A stretch of 64,000 bases of DNA from Roseburia sp. CAG:10041_57. Its GTDB lineage: Bacteria; Bacillota; Clostridia; Lachnospirales; Lachnospiraceae. A program made the translations under genes and the position numbers. The stretch spans positions 33,971 through 97,970 of the forward strand of contig MNTL01000004.1 in the NCBI GenBank assembly GCA_001916965.1, read 5' to 3'. The notes under the pieces were generated by a model. The model searched no databases. It was not told where the DNA came from and saw only the letters and a program-made list of their open reading frames with translations. Every line of letters begins with the position of its first letter. Position 1 is the first letter of the stretch. Below, in pieces: positions 1 through 10,666 of the stretch.

Positions 1-911
1 TTTTATATCATCATACAGTGACAGCCAAGCTGTATAATATCATACGAAACTATCGAAGAGACCGTTTTAATAAGCTTAGCGATGAAGAGTTTGCCCAAAT
101 GATGTATAAAGAGCATACGGGCGAAGGGCTGGATCTCAAGAATCCGAGAACATTTGATGAGAAGGTCTGGTATCTGAAATTACATGAAAGAGATCCGCTA
201 CAGACGAAATGTACGGACAAATATGAAGTACGTGAGTATGTGAAGGGATGCGGGCTTGGGCATATACTGAATGAAGTCTATGGAATCTATGATTCTTTTA
301 AAGCAGTACCTTTTGATCAGCTGCCGGATAGATTTTTCATGAAATGCACCCATACTTCAGGTGCAAATGCCATATTTGACAGAAATAAGCCATTTGATTA
401 TAAATATCAAAAGAACGAATTTGATTTCTGGATGAAGCGTAATTATTTCTGGGGAAGCCGGGAATGGAATTATAAGGATATTAAGCCACGTATTATCTGT
501 GAAAAAATACTGGAAGATAAGAATGGTAAGCTTCCTATGGATTATAAATTTATGTGTTTTAATGGACAGGTAAAATTACTGTTCCTGAATATTGGATTGG
601 CAACAGCTACAGGAGAGCATGCAGATGATGCGTTCTGTAATATATATGACAGAGATTTTAAGTTATTGCCAATTAAGGATGAGCGTGAGAATTATCTGGA
701 AAAAGAAATTCCCAAGCCGGATAATTGGGAAGAAATGATACAATATGCAGAGATACTGTCTAAGCCATTCAAACACTGTAGAGTGGATTTCTACAATGTA
801 GATGGTAAGATTTATTTTGGAGAGATAACATTTCATCATGGTGGAGGATGTAATGGCATTGAACCAAAGGAATGGGCATATAAAATGGGAGACTGGATTA
901 CACTGGATTAA
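1..911 (+). CDS. TupA-like ATP-grasp protein (5' partial)
   Basis: Motifs NPRTFDEK, DKYEVREY, KCTHTSG, DYKFMCFNG, RVDFY and FGEITF are typical of ATPgrasp_TupA. The frame is open upstream of GTG18 to the window edge. Confidence 0.85.
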   Translation, partial: LYHHTVTAKLYNIIRNYRRDRFNKLSDEEFAQMMYKEHTGEGLDLKNPRTFDEKVWYLKLHERDPLQTKCTDKYEVREYVKGCGLGHILNEVYGIYDSFKAVPFDQLPDRFFMKCTHTSGANAIFDRNKPFDYKYQKNEFDFWMKRNYFWGSREWNYKDIKPRIICEKILEDKNGKLPMDYKFMCFNGQVKLLFLNIGLATATGEHADDAFCNIYDRDFKLLPIKDERENYLEKEIPKPDNWEEMIQYAEILSKPFKHCRVDFYNVDGKIYFGEITFHHGGGCNGIEPKEWAYKMGDWITLD

Positions 912-929
912 AGAGAAAGGACATTGCCT

Positions 930-2813
930 ATGTGTGGAATTGCAGGATTTTGTAACCATCCAACGAACTGGAGAGAAAATATACACAGAATGAATGAAAG
1001 GATGCTACATCGTGGACCTGATGCAGGCGGTTTCTGGGCGAATGAGGATGCCAGTGTAGTATTTGGACATCGCAGATTATCTATTGTGGACTTATCAGAG
1101 AATGGTGCACAGCCGATGCAGTCAGCCTCCGGCAGATATATGTGTGTATATAATGGAGAAATCTATAATTATAAAGTAATTCGTGACAAACTTCTTGCAG
1201 AACATAAAGTGACGGCTTTTCGTGGTTCCTCTGATACAGAAGTGCTTCTGGAGGCTTTCGAGGCATATGGTGTCAGAGAAACAATTGCCATGTGTAAGGG
1301 AATGTTTGCCATCGCTTTGCTGGACAGACAGACTAAGAAGTTGACATTGATCCGTGACCGAATTGGTGAAAAGCCTCTTTATTATGGATTTGTAAATGGA
1401 CATTTTGCGTTTGCTTCTGATCTGGGAAGTATTACACAAATGGATGATTTTCACAATGCAATTGATACGAAGGTATTGCAGATTTATTTTGTACATGGAT
1501 ATATTCCAGCTCCATATTCTGTTTATGAGAATATCTATAAGCTGGATGCAGGCTGTATGCTGGAACTGGATGCACCTTATACCGAGCCTAAGATTAGTGC
1601 ATACTGGTCGGTGAGAGAAGCTGCCAAGTATGGGGAAGAGCATCCGTTTAAAGGGACAAGACAAGAAGCAGCAGATGAGCTGGAGAGATTGCTCAAGGCA
1701 TCTATCAAAGATCAGATGGTAGCAGATGTGCCGGTAGGAGCATTCCTGTCTGCTGGAATTGACAGTAGTACAGTAGTGGCTCTGATGCAGGCACAGTCAA
1801 GCCGTAAGGTGAGAAGCTTTACTATAGGAATGGATGATCCAAAATATAATGAAGCAGTTTATGCAAAAGAAATCGCACAGCATCTGGGAACAGAGCATAC
1901 AGAACTTTACATTACAGAAGAGGATGCCAAGGCAGTGATTCCTAAATTACCCTGGATGTTTGGAGAGCCTTTTGCAGATTCTTCACAGATTCCCACATAC
2001 CTGGTAAGTAAGATGACCAGAGAGCATGTTACGGTATCTTTAAGTGGAGATGCAGGGGACGAATTATTCTGTGGATATGGTTGTTATTCTTCCATTAATC
2101 GAATCTGGGGTAAAATGAAGAATTATCCGTATGGACTCCGCAAATTATGCAGTGAACTGGTGTTACACTCTCCATTTGGAAAAAACAATCAGGTTCTGCA
2201 GACCAAGGCATATCTATTGGGAGCTAAAAGTCCGGAGAATCTGTATGAACTATCTAATGCCCAGGAGCCTCTGAGTAAAGAGATACCATTAGAGAGACAG
2301 GTTCACGGATATAAACAGAATCTGAACCCGTATGGAGATCTGAAGGATACGCAGAACTGTATCATGCTCATGGATATGGAAATGTACCATCCGGATGATA
2401 TTTTGGTAAAAGTAGACAGAACAGCAATGGCAGTATCACTGGAAACCAGAGTACCTATGCTGGACAAGGATGTAGTAGAATTTGCATGGACGATTCCGAT
2501 GGAATATAAGAAGCAGGGTGATGAGGGCAAGCTAGTATTAAAAGATGTCCTTTACCGATATGTTCCCAAGGAAATGATGGACAGACCAAAGAAGGGCTTC
2601 TCAATTCCCATTATGAAATGGCTCAAAGAGCCACAGCTTCGTGAATGGGCAGAGAGCCTCATAGACAGGAAAATGCTGGAGCAGCAGGGAATCCTGAATC
2701 CGGATGTAGTATGGCATATCTGGAATGATTATGTGGAACATGACAACTGGAGAGATCAGATATGGTATATTCTGATGTTTCAGAGCTGGATGGTCAATGA
2801 GAGGGTAGCATAA
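930..2813 (+). CDS. asnB: Asparagine synthase (glutamine-hydrolysing)-like amidotransferase, probably a glycan amidotransferase
   Basis: N-terminal MCGIAG (Ntn Cys), HRGPD, HRRLSI, NGEIYN, LSAGIDSS and SGDAGDELFCGY. The ATG at 930 gives the required Cys2. Confidence 0.9.
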   Translation: MCGIAGFCNHPTNWRENIHRMNERMLHRGPDAGGFWANEDASVVFGHRRLSIVDLSENGAQPMQSASGRYMCVYNGEIYNYKVIRDKLLAEHKVTAFRGSSDTEVLLEAFEAYGVRETIAMCKGMFAIALLDRQTKKLTLIRDRIGEKPLYYGFVNGHFAFASDLGSITQMDDFHNAIDTKVLQIYFVHGYIPAPYSVYENIYKLDAGCMLELDAPYTEPKISAYWSVREAAKYGEEHPFKGTRQEAADELERLLKASIKDQMVADVPVGAFLSAGIDSSTVVALMQAQSSRKVRSFTIGMDDPKYNEAVYAKEIAQHLGTEHTELYITEEDAKAVIPKLPWMFGEPFADSSQIPTYLVSKMTREHVTVSLSGDAGDELFCGYGCYSSINRIWGKMKNYPYGLRKLCSELVLHSPFGKNNQVLQTKAYLLGAKSPENLYELSNAQEPLSKEIPLERQVHGYKQNLNPYGDLKDTQNCIMLMDMEMYHPDDILVKVDRTAMAVSLETRVPMLDKDVVEFAWTIPMEYKKQGDEGKLVLKDVLYRYVPKEMMDRPKKGFSIPIMKWLKEPQLREWAESLIDRKMLEQQGILNPDVVWHIWNDYVEHDNWRDQIWYILMFQSWMVNERVA

Positions 2814-4501
2814 TGCTTACAGTTCTGATTAACTGGCTCTATATCGCATTTACGACAATGTGCCTTGGGATAGGCGTTGCTGCATTTACCAGGAACAGAC
2901 TTCATTACCAGATCAGCAAAGCAGACAGCATTCTGGCAATGGGACTGATTGCAGCAACTGTCTATGCACAGATATGGAGCTTATTCTATAAGGTTGGAAT
3001 CCTTGCGAATCTGGTACTTTTGCTGATATGTGCAATATCGCTTTTTTATGGTAGAGGACAACTATCATATATGATGCAGATACAGAAAAAGAAAGCTACA
3101 GTCTTAAAAGGTATTGGCTTTGCAATAGTGGTCCTTATATGGGCATATTGTACATCCAGAGGATATATGCATTACGATTCTGACCTGTATCATGCGCAAA
3201 GTATACGCTGGATAGAAGAATACGGAATAGTGAAGGGGCTGGGCAATATTCATGTGAGATTTGCCTATAACAGTTCCTTTTTTGCGTTGTCCGCGCTTTA
3301 CAGTATGCCATATATATTTGGACAGTCTATGCATAGTGTAAATGGGATGATAGCATTGATTCTCAGCATAGAGGCATTGCGTATCGTGCATGCCTGGAAA
3401 CGAAAGAAGTTGCTTCTATCAGATTTTGCCAGGGCAGCAGCATTGTTCTATTTGACTTTGATATATAGTGATATTATGGCTCCAGCTTCTGATTATGCGA
3501 TTATGTGCACAGTATTCTATATCATCATCAAATGGCTGAGTCAATTAGAGAATGAACGGGAAGCAGATAATGTAACGCCCTATGCATTGCTATGCGTGGC
3601 AGGGGTCTATGCAGTATCCCTGAAACTGACAGCCGGATTGATTCTGATACTGGTTCTGAAACCGGCTATTATGTTGATACGGCAGAAGCGCTGGAAAGAA
3701 ATTATACTTTATCTATGCATGGGCATTGGAGTTATAACACCATGGCTTATAAGGACAGTATGGATATCAGGATATTTGTTATATCCTTTTCCTGCGTTGG
3801 ATATATTCTCTGTAGACTGGAAGATTCCGACCCAGGCAGCAGCATTGGATGCTGCGGAAATTAAGACCTGGGGAAGGGGCTTGAATAATGCGGCACTGGT
3901 AAATATTCCAATGACAGAATGGTTCCTACAGTGGTTTCAGACTATGCTGCCGATGTTGGGTAAATTATTTATTATCGCAGATATCATAAGTATCATTCTG
4001 GGATTCCCTATGCTCATAATTGCCTTATTTAGAAGAAAAGCTGATAAGATAAAAGACATTGGGCTGGTGTGGCTGGCAATAGCCGCATCTTATCTGTTCT
4101 GGCAGTTATCAGCACCACTGCTCAGATATGGGTATGCCTATATATTACTGTTGATAGCGCTGACTGGTGGCATGATGTGGACTGCAATCTGTATTAAAAT
4201 AAAACTTGCAGATACAGAAAGCATGGATAGAATCCTGTGTATACTGCTTCTGATGTTGGGATTTGTGAAGATATGGTCATTAGGAGGCTATATTGTAACA
4301 CAGAGCAACCTGCCATATTATGTGGCGCAACAGAATTACGGAAGCTATGAGCTGGATTCCTATGAAGTCAATGGAGTTACGTTCTATTATCCGGTAAGCG
4401 GTGATAGAGTGGGATATGATGCATTTCCTGCAATTCCAAGGAAGGTGGATATTACTTTCCGGGGAGATACATTGAAGCAGGGATTCAGGAGTATTGAATA
4501 A
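2813..4501 (+). CDS. Multi-pass membrane protein, GT-C-like / uncharacterised
   Basis: 562 aa with many hydrophobic segments. Loop YDSDLYHAQSIRW...GLGNIHVRFAYNSS and SGYLLYP. TAATG overlap with asnB. Confidence 0.6.
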   Translation: MLTVLINWLYIAFTTMCLGIGVAAFTRNRLHYQISKADSILAMGLIAATVYAQIWSLFYKVGILANLVLLLICAISLFYGRGQLSYMMQIQKKKATVLKGIGFAIVVLIWAYCTSRGYMHYDSDLYHAQSIRWIEEYGIVKGLGNIHVRFAYNSSFFALSALYSMPYIFGQSMHSVNGMIALILSIEALRIVHAWKRKKLLLSDFARAAALFYLTLIYSDIMAPASDYAIMCTVFYIIIKWLSQLENEREADNVTPYALLCVAGVYAVSLKLTAGLILILVLKPAIMLIRQKRWKEIILYLCMGIGVITPWLIRTVWISGYLLYPFPALDIFSVDWKIPTQAAALDAAEIKTWGRGLNNAALVNIPMTEWFLQWFQTMLPMLGKLFIIADIISIILGFPMLIIALFRRKADKIKDIGLVWLAIAASYLFWQLSAPLLRYGYAYILLLIALTGGMMWTAICIKIKLADTESMDRILCILLLMLGFVKIWSLGGYIVTQSNLPYYVAQQNYGSYELDSYEVNGVTFYYPVSGDRVGYDAFPAIPRKVDITFRGDTLKQGFRSIE

Positions 4502-4521
4502 AAGGTGGTATTTAAAAGCAG

Positions 4522-4550
4522 TTTACCGATTTGTAATCTTGTGCTATGAT
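4522..4550 (+). promoter_or_regulatory. Possible internal sigma-A promoter (TTTACC-17-TATGAT with extended TG)
   Basis: TTTACC 4522-4527, 17-nt spacer, TG 4542-4543, TATGAT 4545-4550, in a 91-nt intergenic gap. Confidence 0.4.
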
Positions 4551-4592
4551 TTGTGTTAGTGCGAAGTTTGTTTAAACGAAAGGAATGGAAGA

Positions 4593-6167
4593 GTGAAGAC
4601 ACTGAGAAAATTCAAAGTACCTGAATGGGTAACGGCAGGACTTGCATTTATATATTATTGGATTATGGCATTATATAAATTGACCAATGCACCAATCTGG
4701 CAGGATGAATCAATGGAATATTATTGCTCCATACCAGTAAAAGGAGCTATCCAGGGCGTGACACAATATACGACCATGTATGAACGTATGGCGTATATTC
4801 AGCAGCAGCCTCCTTTATATAACTGGTTGATGTGTATCTGGCTGCAGATTCATGACAGTGAGTGGTGGTATCGTTTTTCCAGTGTAGTAATGGGCTTCAT
4901 TGCAGTAATTGGTTTATATCTGGTCATAAAGAAACTGTGTGGCAGATTTTCAGCTACCTTGTCTGTTTTTGTGTTTTCCAGTATTTATATTCTGATGTAT
5001 TATGTGAAAGAAGCATCAGAATATATGCTTTTAATTATGCTGTTAATCTGGACTGTATATCTATACCTGTTTATATTAGAGCAGATCACGATTAAAAGAG
5101 CAATTATGTTTACAATTCTATGTGTAGTAGATGTATATACACATTATGGCGCTGTATTTGTCATTATACCAATGGCACTGCAGCTGTTAGTATACTATTG
5201 GAAATCAGGAGAGAAGAAAACGTTCCGGACTACTTTGATATCTTATGTTGCAGCTGGTATAGGGGCTGGAATTCCTTTGCTTTATTTCTTCATGTTACCC
5301 CAGTCAACGAATCCAATCAGTACACTTGGGGCTGACAAGCCGATAGAGATAACTGGTAATAATGTCATACTGGATTTCTTTGACAGTCTGATGTGGGTGC
5401 TTCGCTGGTGCATGCTGGACTATGACAGGGATGCAGAGAAGATAACATGGGCAATATGGATCATTCTTTTTGCGCTATTGGGTCTTGGCATATTTGTTTA
5501 TAGAAAGACGCATAGAAAAGAAGTTAAGTTTTTTATCAGATGTAATATATGGGTATTTCTTATTTATTACGTGATTACAACACTGAATATCTATGCATAT
5601 GGTTGGTTTGGTAATCGTTATAATTTGTTTATATTTCCGCTGTGGTTCATTTTGATTGCAGTTATTTTATATGAAACGGTTATGATCTTCAAGGAAAGTG
5701 ACAAGCAATGGATGCGTAAGGTATCACCATTTATAAGTGCCGGAATCGTGATTGCCATGATCTTGTACTGCACATATGGGGATTACCGAATCAGTAATCA
5801 CTGGGCAAAAAGTGATTTAAGAACTGTGGTCAGAACATGGCGGTCAGATGATGGAGAAGAAGTTCCGACTTTTGTCAATTTCCATCAGAGGTATGCATTT
5901 GTATATTACTTGACACATAGCGAAGAGTATCAGGAATCCGACTGGAATCAGATTTATTGCAATGAAACATTGGAAACATTGGATTATAGTGATGGGGAAT
6001 GGATATCTTTTCTGAATGAGAATGTTTATCCTGATGGTCTGCCAAAGCAGATTTATGTGGTATCTGGACAACATGATACCGTAGTGAATGCCTTAGAGTC
6101 CATAGGGTATCAAACCACAGCAGTTGTGGATACCACTGCTAAATTGTTCCTGTTGGAACAGAAATAA
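4593..6167 (+). CDS. GT-C fold glycosyltransferase (GT39/PMT-2-like)
   Basis: IWQDE after TM1, QQPPLYNWL, RFSSV, VYTHYG and many TM helices. Confidence 0.7.
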   Translation: MKTLRKFKVPEWVTAGLAFIYYWIMALYKLTNAPIWQDESMEYYCSIPVKGAIQGVTQYTTMYERMAYIQQQPPLYNWLMCIWLQIHDSEWWYRFSSVVMGFIAVIGLYLVIKKLCGRFSATLSVFVFSSIYILMYYVKEASEYMLLIMLLIWTVYLYLFILEQITIKRAIMFTILCVVDVYTHYGAVFVIIPMALQLLVYYWKSGEKKTFRTTLISYVAAGIGAGIPLLYFFMLPQSTNPISTLGADKPIEITGNNVILDFFDSLMWVLRWCMLDYDRDAEKITWAIWIILFALLGLGIFVYRKTHRKEVKFFIRCNIWVFLIYYVITTLNIYAYGWFGNRYNLFIFPLWFILIAVILYETVMIFKESDKQWMRKVSPFISAGIVIAMILYCTYGDYRISNHWAKSDLRTVVRTWRSDDGEEVPTFVNFHQRYAFVYYLTHSEEYQESDWNQIYCNETLETLDYSDGEWISFLNENVYPDGLPKQIYVVSGQHDTVVNALESIGYQTTAVVDTTAKLFLLEQK

Positions 6168-6182
6168 AGAACGAGGGAATCT

Positions 6183-7082
6183 ATGATTTTAATTCATGTG
6201 ATGGGTGGATTGGGTAATCAATTATACCAATATGCCCTTTATGAAAAAATGAAAAGCCTTGGGAAAAAAGTGAAACTGGATACGTATGCATATAACGATG
6301 CAGCTGGAGAGGATAAGGAATGGCGTAGTCTGGAACTTGATCGGTTCCCTGCTATAGAGTACGATAAGGCAACTTCTGAGGACAGAACAAAGCTTTTGGA
6401 TAATTCGGGTCTGCTTACTGCTAAGATCCGTAGAAAGCTTCTGGGAAGAAAAGACAAGACAATAAGAGAAAGTAAGGAGTATATGCCTGAAATCTTTCAT
6501 ATGGATGACGTATATCTCTATGGCTTCTGGAATTGTGAGCGGTATTATGAGGATATTATTCCACTGTTACAGGACAAGTTACAGTTTCCGATAAGTGATG
6601 ACCCAAGAAATCAGCAGTGTATAGAGCAGATGCAGAAGGAGAATGCGGTCAGCATCCATATTCGGAGAACGGATTATCTGACAGTGGCAGATGGAGCCAG
6701 ATATATGGGAATCTGCACGGAAGATTATTATAAAGGCGCAATGGCATATATAGAAGAAAGAGTCAGTAATCCGGTATATTATATTTTCTCTGATGATGTA
6801 GAATATGCGAAACAGCATTATCATCAGGATAATATGCATGTGGTAGATTGGAATAGCAAGGCAGATAGCATCTATGATATGCAGCTTATGAGCAAATGTA
6901 AGCATAATATCTGTGCAAACAGTACATTCAGTATGTGGGCAGCAAGGTTGAATCAAAATAAGGAGAAAATCATGATAAGACCATTGCATCATGATAATTA
7001 TGAGACAACAACAGCTACACAGGTAAAGCAAAATTGGAAAAACTGGATTCTATTGGATCAGAATGGACAAGTGTGTGAATAG
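6183..7082 (+). CDS. GT11 alpha-1,2-fucosyltransferase-like protein
   Basis: GGLGNQLYQY, SIHIRRTDY, IFSDD and ANSTFSMWAA match the GT11 motifs. Confidence 0.9.
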   Translation: MILIHVMGGLGNQLYQYALYEKMKSLGKKVKLDTYAYNDAAGEDKEWRSLELDRFPAIEYDKATSEDRTKLLDNSGLLTAKIRRKLLGRKDKTIRESKEYMPEIFHMDDVYLYGFWNCERYYEDIIPLLQDKLQFPISDDPRNQQCIEQMQKENAVSIHIRRTDYLTVADGARYMGICTEDYYKGAMAYIEERVSNPVYYIFSDDVEYAKQHYHQDNMHVVDWNSKADSIYDMQLMSKCKHNICANSTFSMWAARLNQNKEKIMIRPLHHDNYETTTATQVKQNWKNWILLDQNGQVCE

Positions 7083-8085
7083 AAATGATTTAATATCTGT
7101 AATTGTTCCTGTGTATAATATGGAACAATATATGGAGAGATGTGTGAATTCCATAATAAATCAGACTTATCATAATCTGGAGATTATTCTGGTAGACGAT
7201 GGCTCTACAGACCATTCCACTGCAATGTGTGATGAGTACGCATTGCGTGACGAGCGGATCAAAGTCGTACACAAACCCAATGGCGGATTATCAGATGCCA
7301 GGAATGCAGGTCTGGCAGTTGTCAGTGGAAATTATGTCGGTTATGTTGACAGTGACGACTGGATAGAACCTCAGATGTATGAGAAGATGTATGCTGCCTG
7401 CGTAGAAAACAATGCACAGGTGGCAGTGTGCCGGTATGCAAAGGCTTATCAGGACAGGATAGAGAGAGGCGGCAATGGCAGGATTACGGCTTTTGACAGA
7501 GAAGGAATCCTGAAGGTATATTTATCAGATACGGATGAGTATGTCGTCTATAACTCTGTATGGAGTAAACTGTTTGCAAGAGAAGTTGTAGAGGGAGTCC
7601 TTTTCCCAGTTGGAAAAAATTCTGAGGATATCATGTATACAACTAGGGCATTCTGCAAACTTGAAAGGGCAGTATATATAGATGAGTGTCTGTATAATTA
7701 TGTGCTTGATCGGGAAGGCAGTATTATGAATGTGAATCGTACAGAGAGGATGTTTGGCGATGAAATTCCTTTCTGGAGAGAGCACATAGCTTATATCAGG
7801 CAACATGTCTCAGATCAAATGGGAGACATGGCTGCGTATTATTTTTATCGTAGAATGTTATCATATTATATGGAGTTATCTCAGATATCAGCTACTAGGG
7901 ATGCGGCAAGACGCATTGTGTCTATGATGAAAAGTGAAAAAAAGGAAATTCTGAGAGTGTATCAAAGTGCCTATGAAGGTAATGGGGATGTTGCTAGAAT
8001 GCGTATTTTTCTGATGTCTCCCACAGGGTATAAGGTCATAAACAAATTATACGAGAAAGTCATTATACCTTTTAGATATAAATAA
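7063..8085 (+). CDS. GT2 glycosyltransferase
   Basis: ISVIVPVYN, VDDGSTD, NGGLSDARNAG, YVDSDD, VWSKLF, SED. Confidence 0.92.
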   Translation: MDKCVNRNDLISVIVPVYNMEQYMERCVNSIINQTYHNLEIILVDDGSTDHSTAMCDEYALRDERIKVVHKPNGGLSDARNAGLAVVSGNYVGYVDSDDWIEPQMYEKMYAACVENNAQVAVCRYAKAYQDRIERGGNGRITAFDREGILKVYLSDTDEYVVYNSVWSKLFAREVVEGVLFPVGKNSEDIMYTTRAFCKLERAVYIDECLYNYVLDREGSIMNVNRTERMFGDEIPFWREHIAYIRQHVSDQMGDMAAYYFYRRMLSYYMELSQISATRDAARRIVSMMKSEKKEILRVYQSAYEGNGDVARMRIFLMSPTGYKVINKLYEKVIIPFRYK

Positions 8086-8096
8086 GGACGAAACAT

Positions 8097-9560
8097 ATGT
8101 TATTTAATTCTTATATTTTTATTTTCCTATTTCTGCCATTGGTTTTGGCTGGATATTATGGGTTAAATCATTTCAAACAATATAAGCTTGGTATGGCATG
8201 GCTGATTGGCATGTCTATGTGGTTCTATGGCTATAACAGTATACACTACCTGTTCATACTGATAATAAGTATTTTGTTAAATTATCTTCTGGTAGAAGGT
8301 ATGTCCAGGGTGAAACGCCATAAAAGCAGGCAGTTGCTCATGATTGTTGGAATACTGCTAAATCTTGGCATTTTATTCTATTATAAGTATTATGATTTCT
8401 TTATAGAAAATGTAAATGCAGTCTTAAAGACAGATATTCATCTGCTTCGTGTAGTTCTGCCACTGGGAATCAGTTTCTATACATTTCAGCAGCTGTCATA
8501 TGTAATAGATTACTATAGACAGGATTGTGAGAAATACAGCCTGCTGGAATATGCTGCTTATGTTTCTTTTTTTCCACAGTTGATAGCGGGACCGATTGTA
8601 TACCATAATGAATTAATTCCACAGTTCCGGGATAAAAGCAGAAAGAAGATAAATGCAGAAAATTTCAGTAAGGGAATTTATGCGTTTGTGTTGGGACTCG
8701 CAAAGAAAGTATTGATTGCAGATACTTTTTCCAAAGTTGTGACGATAGGGTACCAGGCAGTCGGGGAGCTGAATAGTCCAACCATTCTGTTGGTCATGGT
8801 ATGCTATTCTTTACAGATTTATTTTGACTTCAGTGGCTATTGTGATATGGCATATGGTATTGGGTATATGTTTAACGTAGAATTGCCGGTGAATTTTAAT
8901 TCACCGTATAAGGCGGTATCTATTGTAGATTTCTGGGATAGATGGCATATGACCCTGACCAGGTTCTTTACCAGATATGTGTATATTCCGCTTGGGGGCA
9001 GCAGGAGAGGTAAGATAAGGACATATCTTAATGTAATGATTGTTTTCTTTGTCAGCGGTGTATGGCATGGGGCAAACTGGACTTTTATTTTATGGGGAAT
9101 CATAAATGGTGTTGCCAATGTAGTGCATAAAATATTCAGTAAATGGATAGATAGAATTCCAAAAATATTACGTATGGGAATCACTTTTGTATTCTGTACT
9201 TTTGCATGGAGCTTATTCAGGGCAGAATCAGTAGCACAGGCATTTGAATTGTGGAACAGACTGTTTCATGGAGACTGGGGGGCTATATACACTCCTATCA
9301 CAGGGCAATTTAACAATATTGTGGAAATGAAGATGCTATATCGTATCGGATTAAGCTCTGTAATCAATGCATACCCGGGATTTTGTGTTTTGATTCTTAC
9401 ATTTATAGTTGTAATTGCATGTTTTGCAATGCGTAATACGCAGGAAAAGGCAGCGGATATGCAGTATACCAATCGTAAGATTATCGCAATCACAGTATTG
9501 TTTATTTGGAGTGTTATGTCATTATCAGAAGTCAGCGAATTTTTGTATTTTAATTTTTAG
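8097..9560 (+). CDS. MBOAT O-acyltransferase (AlgI/PatA/DltB family)
   Basis: LPLGISFYTFQ, FFPQLIAGPI, YFDFSGYCDMA, FWDRWHMTL, GVWHGANW (catalytic His) and C-terminal FLYFNF. Confidence 0.92.
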   Translation: MLFNSYIFIFLFLPLVLAGYYGLNHFKQYKLGMAWLIGMSMWFYGYNSIHYLFILIISILLNYLLVEGMSRVKRHKSRQLLMIVGILLNLGILFYYKYYDFFIENVNAVLKTDIHLLRVVLPLGISFYTFQQLSYVIDYYRQDCEKYSLLEYAAYVSFFPQLIAGPIVYHNELIPQFRDKSRKKINAENFSKGIYAFVLGLAKKVLIADTFSKVVTIGYQAVGELNSPTILLVMVCYSLQIYFDFSGYCDMAYGIGYMFNVELPVNFNSPYKAVSIVDFWDRWHMTLTRFFTRYVYIPLGGSRRGKIRTYLNVMIVFFVSGVWHGANWTFILWGIINGVANVVHKIFSKWIDRIPKILRMGITFVFCTFAWSLFRAESVAQAFELWNRLFHGDWGAIYTPITGQFNNIVEMKMLYRIGLSSVINAYPGFCVLILTFIVVIACFAMRNTQEKAADMQYTNRKIIAITVLFIWSVMSLSEVSEFLYFNF

Positions 9561-9568
9561 GAGCAGTA

Positions 9569-10636
9569 ATGCAGGCAAAAACATGGTTAAAAAAGTGTAT
9601 ATCAGCGTTAATTGGGTCCATAGTATTGTTCTTTGTACTATGTTTTGTTTTTGACCCGTATTTTCATTTTCATAAACCGTTTTCATTTGTAAGATACCGT
9701 TTGTATGATGAGAGATATACGAATGATGGGATTTCCAGACATTTTGACTATAATGCAATGATAACAGGAACTTCCATGGCGCAGAATTTTAAACCCAGTG
9801 AAATGGATCAATTATTTGGAACACAATCTGTAAAAGAGACTTTTTCAGGTGCCGGTTATCAGGAATTATCACAGAATCTGGAAAGGGCACTGAAACGTAA
9901 TTCTAATTTGAAAACAGTAATATGGACAATAGATTATAATGGATTGATCAGAGAGAAAGACTGGACACAATATGAGGGATATCCAACATATTTATATGAT
10001 GATAATCCATGGAATGATACACAGTACGTTTTTAATAAGTCGGTATTTTATCATGGAGTATTGACTAATATTGCAAAAACAATCTTACAGAGACCGAGTA
10101 CATCTATGGATGAATATTCATCCTGGGATAAACCAACAGGTTTACAGTATATTATGCAAAGCTATGACAGGTGGGAAGAGAAAGCGCCCATGCGGGCAGG
10201 ACTTTCGCCTGAAGAAAGAGAAATGGTCATCACCAATATCCGTGAAAATATTGTAGAATTAGTAAAACAATATCCGGATACTACATTCTATCTGTTTTAC
10301 ACTCCGTACAGTATCTGCTTCTGGGATTTCCAGAATCAGGAAGGACTTATGATGCGGCAATTTGAAGCAGAACAGATTGCAACAGAAATGCTGTTGGACT
10401 GTGCAAATGTGAAGCTCTATAATTTTTATGATAAATATGATATAATATGTAATCTTGATAATTACAGAGACAGGGAGCATTATGCACCTGAAATTAACAG
10501 TGAAATATTACAGTGGATACAGGCTGGGGATGGATTGATCACCAGAGATAATTATATGTCTAAGTTAGAGCAGGAAAAAGAATTTTATCTCAATTATGAT
10601 TACGACAGCATTTATCAGGCTAATGTTGAGCAATAG
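9569..10636 (+). CDS. SGNH-like extracytoplasmic acyltransferase partner (AlgJ/DltD-like)
   Basis: N-terminal TM followed by DPY, GTSM (block I Ser) and DREHY (DxxH). Lies immediately downstream of the MBOAT gene. Confidence 0.7.
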   Translation: MQAKTWLKKCISALIGSIVLFFVLCFVFDPYFHFHKPFSFVRYRLYDERYTNDGISRHFDYNAMITGTSMAQNFKPSEMDQLFGTQSVKETFSGAGYQELSQNLERALKRNSNLKTVIWTIDYNGLIREKDWTQYEGYPTYLYDDNPWNDTQYVFNKSVFYHGVLTNIAKTILQRPSTSMDEYSSWDKPTGLQYIMQSYDRWEEKAPMRAGLSPEEREMVITNIRENIVELVKQYPDTTFYLFYTPYSICFWDFQNQEGLMMRQFEAEQIATEMLLDCANVKLYNFYDKYDIICNLDNYRDREHYAPEINSEILQWIQAGDGLITRDNYMSKLEQEKEFYLNYDYDSIYQANVEQ

Positions 10637-10666
10637 ATATATGATCATGCACTATGCAGGTAGGAA

